Made by a program: the position numbers and the translations under genes. From sequence record NC_106597.1: a stretch of DNA of 64,000 nucleotides; one strand, given 5' to 3'. Shown here piece by piece: positions 34,661 to 43,998 of the stretch (position 1 is the first letter of the stretch; each line of letters begins with the position of its first letter). A model generated the notes under the pieces. It worked only from the letters and a program-made list of their open reading frames with translations. It did not search any database and had not been told where the DNA came from. The stretch comes from Escherichia phage BB1.

Positions 34661-35443
34661 TTGATGAAAATCGAAATTCCAACACAATGTCCCTCTTGTG
34701 GTTCTAAGCTAGATCTTGTCAACGGACAATTATTCTGTCGGAATAAGTCCAACTGTCCAGCGCAATCAAGCAAGTTAATTGAGAACTTCTGTTCAAAAAT
34801 GAAGTTAAAGGGCTTTGGCCCAAAAACTATTGAGAAGCTGGAGCTGACGAAGATTTCAGAACTATTTTACCTAACCGAAGAAGATTTGGTTAGAGCCGTG
34901 GGTAGCAAGGTTGCCGCTAAGTTAATTAGCGAATTAAATACTAAAGTTCGCGGAGACATTGACTTTGGTTCAGTTCTCGGTTCTTTAGGAATCCCTCTAA
35001 TTGGAGAGGTTGCAGCAAAGAAATTATCCCAAAATTGCACTAGCTTCCATGATGTGAAGGCTGACGGCAAGGCTGGAGAAAATTATAAAGCCTGGCTAAA
35101 TTCCCCACAAGGCAAGGATGTTATCGAATTACCGTGGAAATTTTCAACTGGTATTAAGGGCACTAAAGCTGACGTCATCATTACAGATGAATTAGTTGCC
35201 CAGCCAAATGGAATCGCGGTATGTATTACCGGATCTTTGCAAGATTTTGCAAATCGAACGGATGCAACAAACTATTTAGAAAGTCTAGGGTATACGGTTA
35301 AGAAATCCGTTACCAAAGACGTCAAATACCTAATCTGTGAGGATGAATCGAAGCGTTCTTCCTCATCTTATAAGAAAGCCGAAACGAATGGGATAGAAAT
35401 CCTGTCGATTAAAGAACTATTGGAGAAAAATAATAATGTCTAA
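34661..35443 (+). CDS. ligB: NAD-dependent DNA ligase, C-terminal (Zn-finger/HhH/BRCT) subunit
   Basis: Cys4 zinc finger (CPSCGSKL...CRNKSNCPAQ), HhH-like GIPLIGEVAAKKL, BRCT-like C-terminus. Confidence 0.8.
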   Translation: MMKIEIPTQCPSCGSKLDLVNGQLFCRNKSNCPAQSSKLIENFCSKMKLKGFGPKTIEKLELTKISELFYLTEEDLVRAVGSKVAAKLISELNTKVRGDIDFGSVLGSLGIPLIGEVAAKKLSQNCTSFHDVKADGKAGENYKAWLNSPQGKDVIELPWKFSTGIKGTKADVIITDELVAQPNGIAVCITGSLQDFANRTDATNYLESLGYTVKKSVTKDVKYLICEDESKRSSSSYKKAETNGIEILSIKELLEKNNNV

Positions 35444-36203
35444 ACTGAACTGGAACGTAGAAGGTGTAACCGAGTCTCTGAAAGCAAAAGCCACTGCTCT
35501 GGGTGTTTCTGTAATCTCTCAAGAACAAGTAGCTGCTATCGCTACTGAACTGGCTGCTGAAACTGGCAAAGATGTTACTGCTCGCTCTGTTGGCTCTAAA
35601 CTGCGTAAAGAAGGTTTTGAAGTACAGAAAGCTAACGAAGTACAGAAATCCCCGTGGACTCCTGAGCAGGAAGCTGAACTGGTTGATTTCCTGAACGCTC
35701 ATGCTGGTCAGTATACCTATGCTGAAATCGCTGCTGCTGTAGCTGGTGGTCAGTTCGGTGCTAAACAGGTACAGGGTAAGATCCTGAGTCTGGAAATGAC
35801 TGCTTCTGTTAAACCAACTGAAAAAGCTGCTGCTGTTCGTTCCTTTACTCCGGATGAAGAAACTGATTTTGTTAATCAGGTTGTTGCTGGTGCTACTATT
35901 GAAGCTATCGCTGCTCACTTCGGTCGTAATATCAAGCAGATCCGTGGTAAAGCTCTGAGCCTGCTTCGTGAAGGTCGTATCGCTGCTATGCCGGTACAGG
36001 AAACCTCAAGTGCTAAAACTCGTGAAGATCTGTTAGAAGGTCTGGATCTGGCTAACATGACTGTTGCTGAGATCGCTGAGAAAACTGGTAAATCTGAGCG
36101 CGGTGTTAAATCTATGCTGTCTCGTCGTGGTCTGGTTGCTAAGGACTATGATGGTGCCGCTAAGCGTGCTAAACTGGATGCAAAAGCTGCGGCTGCTGAA
36201 TAA
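35436..36203 (+). CDS. Ala-rich protein with four internal HTH-like repeats; putative abundant DNA-binding protein
   Basis: Four repeats of about 30 aa (e.g. YTYAEIAAAVAGGQFGAKQVQGKILSLE / ATIEAIAAHFGRNIKQIRGKALSLL); by eye codon choice resembles highly expressed genes. Confidence 0.55.
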   Translation: MSKLNWNVEGVTESLKAKATALGVSVISQEQVAAIATELAAETGKDVTARSVGSKLRKEGFEVQKANEVQKSPWTPEQEAELVDFLNAHAGQYTYAEIAAAVAGGQFGAKQVQGKILSLEMTASVKPTEKAAAVRSFTPDEETDFVNQVVAGATIEAIAAHFGRNIKQIRGKALSLLREGRIAAMPVQETSSAKTREDLLEGLDLANMTVAEIAEKTGKSERGVKSMLSRRGLVAKDYDGAAKRAKLDAKAAAAE

Positions 36204-36220
36204 TCTGGTAAATTAAACCT

Positions 36221-36253
36221 AAGGGGAGGGGGCTATGCTCCTTCCCCTTTTTG
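36221..36253 (+). terminator. rho-independent terminator
   Basis: aaggggaggggg...ccttcccctt hairpin followed by TTTTG; overlaps the first track-ORF start at 36235. Confidence 0.6.
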
Positions 36254-36285
36254 CATTTAGAAGGCACGAAAGCGTGCAAAGGAGA

Positions 36286-37758
36286 ATGACCTTGTTTAAC
36301 GTGCAAGCTGTAGTGTTGAAGATGCTTCTAGCTTCTGAACAGAAGCAAATAGCATTGGAAACATTCTCAAAACTGCATAAAGATCATTTTAATGACGCTT
36401 TCTCCTCAATTTACCAAGCCGTCCAGAATTATTATAAAAAATATAACACAATGCCGTCCATTGATGCACTGATGCTTGAGGCTAATAGGAACGCCCGCCT
36501 TTCTCAAGCTCTAGTCGTCTTAGCTAACACTCAAATTCCAGAAGTGAGCATGGAACAGGCACTTGAAGTCCTAGAGGCCGAATATACACAGGATTTATTC
36601 CTGAAGCTTCTAGAAACAGACGTGCTTCAAGATTTAACAATGCTGGATCAGGGAGAAATTCTCAACCGAGTTGCCTCCCTTCACTTAAAATTAGAAGAGA
36701 AAGTAACGAATACTGGAAAAGTATTCAACGCAGATAACATGCGTATTTTCCAGAGAGAAGAAGATACCAAACTGAACCTAATCGCTCTTGGTATTTGTAA
36801 TGAGTTCGACGCTCAAATTGGTTTAGCTCGCACAGAAACGTTACTGCTTGGTGGTTGGCGTGGTACTGGTAAATCCATTATCTGTTCAAACATACAGGTT
36901 CAGCAATATTTGAATGGAGATATTGCTCCATACTTCTCAATTGAGATGAAAGAACATGAAGTATTTAGACGTAATCTAGCCATGTTAGCTGGTGTATCAG
37001 CATTAGCAATGCGTAATAATACTCTAGAAGGTGCAGCTCTGTTGAGATTGGCCAGAACTAGAGCTAGAATGTTTAATGGGGGTGAAGAGCTTTTTGATAA
37101 CTTCGTTAAACAGTACACAATGGCTAAGATGAGTGATTTCTACGATATGGAGAGTAAGCTAATAGAGGGATATGAACTACATACTCCCATGATTATTGTT
37201 TATGATCCTGAACTGTCCATTACAACAGTTGACGTAGAATTAAATAAATTAGTTGCTAGATACGGAGATAAAGTTACAGTAGCTTTACTGGACTATATTA
37301 ACCAAACCCGACTTCCAGACTCTAAAACCATTGATATGTATGACTGGAAAGAACAGATGGTTGTTAGCTCGTCTTTCAAATCTATCTGCCAGAAACATAA
37401 CGTGGCTGGCGTAGCTCCTTACCAGATCGATCAAGATGGTAGAACACGTATGTCAAAGGGGATTCTTGATTCTGCAGACATGGCTGCTAATCTTAATGCT
37501 GCAAAAGCTGATAATGGTCAAGGTGCTATTATGTTTGACTTCGTTAAGACTCGTTCTTCTGATAGCGTGAAGTTTATGCCTAAAATGAACTGGGAAACCC
37601 TGCGGATGGATAACACTACCAACCTAGCAATGGAAGATATATCTCAAATGGAAGCTGAGTTCGTTATCCCTATTGAGAAGGATAAGCCGGCTCAACCTAA
37701 ACGTGCTAAGAAAGACAAAGCTGAAAATTCAACAGGTGAACAGGCCAGCGATATATGA
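36286..37758 (+). CDS. replicative helicase-like P-loop ATPase (DnaB/RecA-fold), tentative
   Basis: Walker A GGWRGTGKS, Walker B-like region; start moved to MTLFNV (AAAGGAG RBS) downstream of terminator. Confidence 0.6.
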   Translation: MTLFNVQAVVLKMLLASEQKQIALETFSKLHKDHFNDAFSSIYQAVQNYYKKYNTMPSIDALMLEANRNARLSQALVVLANTQIPEVSMEQALEVLEAEYTQDLFLKLLETDVLQDLTMLDQGEILNRVASLHLKLEEKVTNTGKVFNADNMRIFQREEDTKLNLIALGICNEFDAQIGLARTETLLLGGWRGTGKSIICSNIQVQQYLNGDIAPYFSIEMKEHEVFRRNLAMLAGVSALAMRNNTLEGAALLRLARTRARMFNGGEELFDNFVKQYTMAKMSDFYDMESKLIEGYELHTPMIIVYDPELSITTVDVELNKLVARYGDKVTVALLDYINQTRLPDSKTIDMYDWKEQMVVSSSFKSICQKHNVAGVAPYQIDQDGRTRMSKGILDSADMAANLNAAKADNGQGAIMFDFVKTRSSDSVKFMPKMNWETLRMDNTTNLAMEDISQMEAEFVIPIEKDKPAQPKRAKKDKAENSTGEQASDI

Positions 37759-38645
37759 GTAGAATAACAGAACTACTTGATCTGAAAGGCATTGAATATA
37801 AAGACACAGGTGGGGACATCCTCATCTGTTGTCTCAATCCAGATCATGACGATAAACACCCAAGTTTGCGTATTGATCCTGAAACAGGTATTATGCACTG
37901 CTTGAGTTGTGGCTTCGGTAAAGGTATACCGAGCATTTACCATTATTTTAATGAGACTCAGTACCGACAGTCCCCAAGACTATCACAGGTACGTAAAAAG
38001 ATTTCAGAGATTAGGAATGGATCTACGAATCTTGCAATTCCTGAATCTGCTTACCTTTTCGAAGGTGATTTCCGAGGTATAAGTTCTAAGACCTTGAAGA
38101 AATATTTTGCTTTCCAACACCAAGCAGACTGGGAAGGCAGAATTGTATTCCCAATCACAGATGCTGTTGGACGCAATATCCTATTTTTGGGTCGTTCTAT
38201 AAACAGTTCTGCCCCTCCTAAATACCTAGTAAAACCAAAACAAGTTTCACCGCCAATTTTTCCTGTACGATATAATACTCCAGTTCTTATTCTAGTTGAA
38301 GGTATCTTTGATATGCTGAATCTAGAGGATAATGGTATAGACTATGCTTCTTGTTGCTTTGGTACACATCAGTTTACTTCAGACAACATTGCAGATAAGT
38401 TCAGTCCGTATATTATTGCTGGTGTTAAAGTTGTTGTTATCTTACTAGATAATGATGCTTCTGGTAATAAAGCTGCACAAGCACTGGCTAAGCTAATTCG
38501 TACAAAAACGCGTTTAACACCTGTAGTTGCTAACTTTCTTCTGCCTGAAGGTAAAGACCCAGGTGACTTAAATAAAGAAGAAATTGATATGTTAGCAAAA
38601 CGTATTGAAATTTTAGTTGCTGAATCGCTTAAAGATTTGGTATAA
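37755..38645 (+). CDS. DNA primase (DnaG-type: zinc-binding + Toprim)
   Basis: Zinc ribbon CCLNPDHDDKHPSLRIDPETGIMHCLSCG; Toprim motifs LVEGIFDMLNL and ILLDNDASG. Confidence 0.8.
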   Translation: MSRITELLDLKGIEYKDTGGDILICCLNPDHDDKHPSLRIDPETGIMHCLSCGFGKGIPSIYHYFNETQYRQSPRLSQVRKKISEIRNGSTNLAIPESAYLFEGDFRGISSKTLKKYFAFQHQADWEGRIVFPITDAVGRNILFLGRSINSSAPPKYLVKPKQVSPPIFPVRYNTPVLILVEGIFDMLNLEDNGIDYASCCFGTHQFTSDNIADKFSPYIIAGVKVVVILLDNDASGNKAAQALAKLIRTKTRLTPVVANFLLPEGKDPGDLNKEEIDMLAKRIEILVAESLKDLV

Positions 38646-38671
38646 TAGTCCTAAATAACTGAGGAGCTACT

Positions 38672-39001
38672 ATGGAATATGTATATATTTATGCGGATGT
38701 TCCAGTGTATGATAGTATAACACACAAAGAGGTTAAACTAGAGCGGTTTACAACACTGGAGTCCCTTAATAAACGAAAGAATTTCCATTTATTTGGTGAT
38801 CCTAAATTACCTGCATCTTATATTTACTTTAAAGTAAAAGATACAGGTCAAGAGGTATACCTAACATATGATTGGGCTGTTGTAGAAAATACTGAGCAAT
38901 CTATGAAAGCGCTAGATGCTTTTCTGCGTATAGATGAAGAATTTCGGGTACTAGAAAAGCAGCGCAATGAAATGCGTAAATTACTTCACACCTATAAATA
39001 G
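38672..39001 (+). CDS. hypothetical protein (109 aa)
   Basis: ORF with GAGGAG RBS. Confidence 0.5.
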   Translation: MEYVYIYADVPVYDSITHKEVKLERFTTLESLNKRKNFHLFGDPKLPASYIYFKVKDTGQEVYLTYDWAVVENTEQSMKALDAFLRIDEEFRVLEKQRNEMRKLLHTYK

Positions 39002-39004
39002 TAT

Positions 39005-39033
39005 TTGCTATTATCCCAATATTTTGATATAAT
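39005..39033 (+). promoter_or_regulatory. early promoter (TTGCTA-17-TATAAT) upstream of DNA polymerase
   Basis: -35 39005-39010, -10 39028-39033; leader contains inverted repeat ggtaagt...acttacc. Confidence 0.65.
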
Positions 39034-39094
39034 ATATTGGTAAGTTAGAGAAGAAACACTGAAGTTATACTTACTTACCAAGAGGAGATTAAAT

Positions 39095-41662
39095 TTGAAA
39101 ATCGCAGTAGTTGATAAAGCTCTAAACAACACTCGTTATGATAAACATTTCCAGCTATACGGCGAGGAAGTTGATGTATTCCATATGTGTAACGAGAAGT
39201 TATCTGGTCGTTTGCTTAAAAAGCACATTACTATTGGAACACCAGAAAACCCATTTGATCCTAATGATTATGATTTTGTTATACTAGTAGGTGCCGAACC
39301 TTTCCTGTACTTTGCAGGTAAGAAAGGTATTGGTGATTATACCGGTAAACGTGTAGAGTATAATGGATATGCTAACTGGATTGCGAGTATCAGCCCAGCC
39401 CAGTTACATTTTAAACCTGAAATGAAACCAGTTTTTGATGCAACAGTAGAGAATATCCACGATATTATCAATGGTCGTGAGAAGATTGCAAAAGCTGGTG
39501 ATTACCGTCCTATTACTGACCCTGATGAGGCGGAAGAATATATCAAGATGGTGTATAATATGGTTATCGGACCTGTCGCATTCGACTCCGAAACCTCAGC
39601 ACTATACTGTCGAGATGGTTATCTGCTTGGTGTTTCTATGTCTCACCAAGAATATCAGGGTGTATATATCGATTCTGATTGTCTCACAGAGGTTGCAGTA
39701 TATTATCTCCAGAAAATTCTGGATAGTGAAAACCACACTATTGTTTTTCACAACTTGAAGTTTGATATGCACTTTTATAAGTACCATCTGGGACTTGCTT
39801 TTGATAAAGCGCATAAAGAACGCAGGCTCCATGATACCATGTTGCAGCACTATGTTCTAGATGAACGTCGTGGTACTCATGGCTTGAAATCTCTAGCGAT
39901 GAAGTACACCGATATGGGTGACTATGACTTCGAACTAGATAAGTTCAAAGATGATTACTGCAAAGCACATAAAATCAAGAAAGAAGATTTCACCTATGAT
40001 TTAATTCCGTTTGATATTATGTGGCCTTACGCTGCGAAAGATACAGATGCTACCATACGTTTGCACAACTTCTTCTTACCAAAAATTGAGAAGAATGAAA
40101 AACTTTGCAGTCTGTATTACGATGTTCTAATGCCTGGTTGTGTATTCCTACAGCGTGTTGAAGATCGTGGTGTACCTATTTCTGTTGATCGTTTAAAAGA
40201 AGCTCAGTATCAGTTAACCCATAATCTGAATAAAGCCCGTGAGAAACTGTATACTTATCCAGAAGTCGTTCAGCTAGAAAAAGACCAGAACGAAGCATTT
40301 AACCCAAACTCTGTTAAGCAGCTACGTGTTCTTCTGTTTGATTATGTTGGTTTAACTCCAACAGGTAAACTGACGGATACTGGAGCAGATTCTACGGATG
40401 CAGAAGCTCTGAATGAACTGGCTACGCAGCATCCAATTGCTAAAACTCTGCTAGAGATTCGTAAGCTGACTAAGCTAATTTCTACTTATGTTGAGAAAAT
40501 TCTTCTGAGTATTGATGCAGATGGTTGCATTCGTACTGGTTTCCACGAACATATGACTACTTCTGGTCGTCTGAGTTCTTCTGGTAAACTGAACCTGCAA
40601 CAGTTACCTCGTGATGAATCTATTATCAAGGGTTGTGTAGTAGCTCCTCCTGGGTACCGTGTAATCGCGTGGGACTTAACAACTGCGGAAGTTTACTATG
40701 CTGCTGTTCTATCTGGTGATAGAAATATGCAACAGGTATTTATCAACATGAGAAATGAACCTGATAAATACCCTGACTTCCACTCTAACATCGCACACAT
40801 GGTATTTAAGCTCCAATGCGAGCCTCGTGATGTTAAAAAGTTATTCCCAGCTCTGCGTCAGGCTGCTAAGGCAATTACCTTCGGTATTTTGTATGGTTCT
40901 GGTCCGGCTAAAGTAGCTCATTCTGTTAACGAAGCTCTTCTGGAACAGGCTGCTAAGACAGGAGAACCGTTTGTTGAGTGTACTGTTGCTGATGCGAAGG
41001 ACTATATCGAAACTTACTTCGGTCAGTTCCCGCAGCTTAAGCGTTGGATTGATAAGTGCCACGATCAGATCAAGAATCATGGATTTATCTATAGTCACTT
41101 TGGTCGTAAACGTCGTCTGCATAATATCCATTCAGAAGACCGTGGCGTTCAGGGTGAAGAAATTCGTTCTGGGTTTAACGCAATCATTCAGTCTGCTTCT
41201 TCTGATAGCCTACTTTTAGGTGCTGTAGATGCAGATAATGAGATCATTTCTCTTGGCCTAGAACAAGAGATGAAGATTGTTATGCTGGTTCACGACTCCG
41301 TAGTTGCTATTGTTCGTGAGGATTTGATCGACCAATACAATGAAATCCTGATTCGTAATATTCAGAAAGACCGTGGTATTAGTATTCCTGGCTGTCCGAT
41401 TGGTATTGATTCAGATTCTGAAGCTGGAGGTTCTCGTGACTACTCTTGTGGTAAGATGAAGAAACAGCACCCATCAATCGCTTGTATTGATGATGATGAA
41501 TATACTCGTTATGTCAAGGGTGTATTACTTGATGCAGAGTTCGAGTATAAGAAACTAGCTGCAATGGATAAAGAGCATCCAGATCATAGCAAATACAAGG
41601 ATGATAAGTTTATTGCTGTATGTAAAGATTTGGATAACGTGAGAAGGATTCTCGGTGCTTAA
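39095..41662 (+). CDS. DNA polymerase, family A (Pol I-like, with 3'-5' exonuclease domain)
   Basis: Motif B RQAAKAITFGILYG, motif C VHDS, exonuclease FDSET; apparent TTG start 8 nt after AGAGGAG. Confidence 0.95.
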   Translation: MKIAVVDKALNNTRYDKHFQLYGEEVDVFHMCNEKLSGRLLKKHITIGTPENPFDPNDYDFVILVGAEPFLYFAGKKGIGDYTGKRVEYNGYANWIASISPAQLHFKPEMKPVFDATVENIHDIINGREKIAKAGDYRPITDPDEAEEYIKMVYNMVIGPVAFDSETSALYCRDGYLLGVSMSHQEYQGVYIDSDCLTEVAVYYLQKILDSENHTIVFHNLKFDMHFYKYHLGLAFDKAHKERRLHDTMLQHYVLDERRGTHGLKSLAMKYTDMGDYDFELDKFKDDYCKAHKIKKEDFTYDLIPFDIMWPYAAKDTDATIRLHNFFLPKIEKNEKLCSLYYDVLMPGCVFLQRVEDRGVPISVDRLKEAQYQLTHNLNKAREKLYTYPEVVQLEKDQNEAFNPNSVKQLRVLLFDYVGLTPTGKLTDTGADSTDAEALNELATQHPIAKTLLEIRKLTKLISTYVEKILLSIDADGCIRTGFHEHMTTSGRLSSSGKLNLQQLPRDESIIKGCVVAPPGYRVIAWDLTTAEVYYAAVLSGDRNMQQVFINMRNEPDKYPDFHSNIAHMVFKLQCEPRDVKKLFPALRQAAKAITFGILYGSGPAKVAHSVNEALLEQAAKTGEPFVECTVADAKDYIETYFGQFPQLKRWIDKCHDQIKNHGFIYSHFGRKRRLHNIHSEDRGVQGEEIRSGFNAIIQSASSDSLLLGAVDADNEIISLGLEQEMKIVMLVHDSVVAIVREDLIDQYNEILIRNIQKDRGISIPGCPIGIDSDSEAGGSRDYSCGKMKKQHPSIACIDDDEYTRYVKGVLLDAEFEYKKLAAMDKEHPDHSKYKDDKFIAVCKDLDNVRRILGA

Positions 41663-42152
41663 TTTCAAATTGCCCGTATATGCTTTACGGGCGTTTGTAT
41701 CAATTGAGCAAGAAGGTGATTATTCCGTAATTACAACAAGATATAATAAATATGTGCTAGATAATAGGAAGTTGCCTGGCACATTTTCTCAACGTAGGCT
41801 TATTCTATTTGAGAAACGGAAAGAATTACCATACAAGCTCTATCCTATTAGAGGTAGAATATCAATGTTGTCCCAATTAGTTGGGTCAAAGCGTAGCCAA
41901 TTTATAGATTCTGATGGAAATCTTATTAACTGGAAGAAAACTACGTTCTATGATGTTGTCACCTCTAAAGTTTTGCATTCAGCTAGAATCTATAACGGAA
42001 AATACCAATGCTATGTAGCTAAAGTTCCATATCCATTTGTATTATCCTATGTTCCAGCTTATATAAGCTATATTCTGGTAAATAATAGCCCTGTTATTTA
42101 TCAAGTCCATCAAGAGGAGCCTGAAATTCCTAGACTTAGAATAAAATTATGA
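41655..42152 (+). CDS. hypothetical protein (165 aa)
   Basis: ORF overlapping polymerase stop. Confidence 0.5.
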   Translation: MLNFKLPVYALRAFVSIEQEGDYSVITTRYNKYVLDNRKLPGTFSQRRLILFEKRKELPYKLYPIRGRISMLSQLVGSKRSQFIDSDGNLINWKKTTFYDVVTSKVLHSARIYNGKYQCYVAKVPYPFVLSYVPAYISYILVNNSPVIYQVHQEEPEIPRLRIKL

Positions 42153-43501
42153 AGGTTGTTATATCTAATAAAGCCTATTTCAAGCCCGATGATGAACTTT
42201 GGGATTACTGTAGTAAGCAAACCACTTATCACATAGAGACAATGACTAGTAAATACCCTATTATGTATAAGAATAGTGGTGTTGTTGCCAAAGAGATTAA
42301 GTGGATTCCTATTACGCGTCTGGACTTACTAGATGCTAAAGGAGTAAAATACGAATTAGTCGATAAACGCACATTAGCTCCAGTAGATATACCAAAACCT
42401 AAGTTCAAGCTGCGTGAAGAAGACCAGCTCCCAATATATGAAGAGTGCGATGATACCTGTATTATTAATGGTAAGCCTGGATTTGGCAAAACTATCCTAG
42501 CTCTTGCACTTGCATATAAATTTGGCCAGAAAACTTTGGTAATTTGTACCAACACATCTATTCGTGAAATGTGGGCGGCAGAAGTTCGTAAATGGTTTGG
42601 GTTTGAACCAGGTATCATAGGTTCTGGGAAATACAATATTGATCCACCAATTGTGGTCAGTAATATTCAAACAGTGAATAAACATGCGAATAATCTTTCT
42701 AAAGTATTCGGTACTGTTATAGTTGATGAAGTTCACCATTGTGTGGCTACAACTTTCACTAACTTCCTAGAAATATCATGTGCCCGCTATAAGATTGGAC
42801 TATCCGGTACATTAAAACGAAAAGATGGTCTACAAGTTATGTTCAAAGATTTCTTTGGATATAAGATCTTTAGTCCGCCGGTTAATAATACTGTTGCACC
42901 TACAATCCATAGGTACTCCGTGCCTGTTGAGTTATCGGGTAACCAAAACGTACCATGGGCATTACGTGCTAATGATGTGTATAATCATCCTGAATATCGA
43001 GAGACTATTATAAACCTGGCGCATTTATATGTGAATATGGGGCATAAAGTGCTCATTGTAAGTGACAGAACAGAGTTGATCCAAACAGTACTAGAAGCTC
43101 TTGCACAGCGTGGTGTTACAACATACGAAATTATAGGGGCAACCCACTTGGATGACCGATTAAAAATTCAGGAAGATATAGCAAAAGGTGGACCTTGTGT
43201 ACTTGCAGCAGCTCAAAGTATCTTCTCTGAAGGTATTTCCCTTAATGAGCTGTCTTGTTTAATAATGGGAAGTCTCATTAATAATGAATCTCTAATCGAA
43301 CAGCTTGCAGGACGTGTTCAACGTATTGTCGATGGTAAACTCGACCCTATTGTTGTAGATCTAATTATGAAAGGTGGCACTGGACTAAGACAGGCTTCCG
43401 GACGTATGGCAGTATATCGTAACAACGGGTGGAAAACTATTACCATGACTCCGGAAAAAGCAGTTCAATTAGCTAAAATTGCATTTGGCAACAGCTCATA
43501 A
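42149..43501 (+). CDS. SF2 (DEAH-type) helicase
   Basis: Walker A GKPGFGKT, Walker B VIVDEVHH, C-terminal helicase motifs. Confidence 0.85.
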   Translation: MKVVISNKAYFKPDDELWDYCSKQTTYHIETMTSKYPIMYKNSGVVAKEIKWIPITRLDLLDAKGVKYELVDKRTLAPVDIPKPKFKLREEDQLPIYEECDDTCIINGKPGFGKTILALALAYKFGQKTLVICTNTSIREMWAAEVRKWFGFEPGIIGSGKYNIDPPIVVSNIQTVNKHANNLSKVFGTVIVDEVHHCVATTFTNFLEISCARYKIGLSGTLKRKDGLQVMFKDFFGYKIFSPPVNNTVAPTIHRYSVPVELSGNQNVPWALRANDVYNHPEYRETIINLAHLYVNMGHKVLIVSDRTELIQTVLEALAQRGVTTYEIIGATHLDDRLKIQEDIAKGGPCVLAAAQSIFSEGISLNELSCLIMGSLINNESLIEQLAGRVQRIVDGKLDPIVVDLIMKGGTGLRQASGRMAVYRNNGWKTITMTPEKAVQLAKIAFGNSS

Positions 43502-43513
43502 ATGATGTATAAT
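43485..43513 (+). promoter_or_regulatory. early promoter (TTGGCA-17-TATAAT) at 3' end of helicase gene
   Basis: -35 43485-43490, -10 43508-43513, followed by conserved ataaatttgagagag leader. Confidence 0.55.
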
Positions 43514-43584
43514 ATATACATAAATTTGAGAGAGAAAGTTTCGGATTGATAAGAAAGTCCGAAGCAGAAAAATAAAAATTTTAG

Positions 43585-43614
43585 TTGCTAAATTCTCTCG
43601 AAATCTAGTATAAT
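43585..43614 (+). promoter_or_regulatory. early promoter (TTGCTA-18-TATAAT)
   Basis: -35 43585-43590, -10 43609-43614. Confidence 0.6.
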
Positions 43615-43998
43615 ATATACATAAATTCGAGGAGAAAACAAAAATTAAATTCTTCGATTATGAAAAGCTATACTTACTAGCTAGAGGAAATTCCGACCTA
43701 ATTATTAAGCTATTCAAAAGAATGCTTACAGAGCCTGATGCTCACCAATTATTGGTCGGTTCTTCATTCATTTTGAATGAATCAACAATAGTTGATAATC
43801 CAAATAAATTGTCTAATAGACAACTGGCAGAATATCTAGGAATTTTAAGTCTACGAAATTATGCCGAATACAAGTTTACAAACGATCCTAGTTTGGACAT
43901 ACAATATGTTCCAGTATGGATACCACGTTTAGTAATCGACACTAACCCACTAATCGCAATTAACAAATCGAAATTAATCTTTAAAGAGGAAATAAAAT

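Noticed and set aside
35409-35918. Track ORF 35409-35918 (-) and others antisense to replication genes (for example 46729-47307, 39602-39850)
   Set aside because: Serine/low-complexity translations antisense to strongly supported plus-strand genes; no RBS.
36235-36285. Upstream start of helicase ORF at 36235
   Set aside because: The first 17 codons coincide with a strong terminator hairpin; the start at 36286 has an AAAGGAG RBS.
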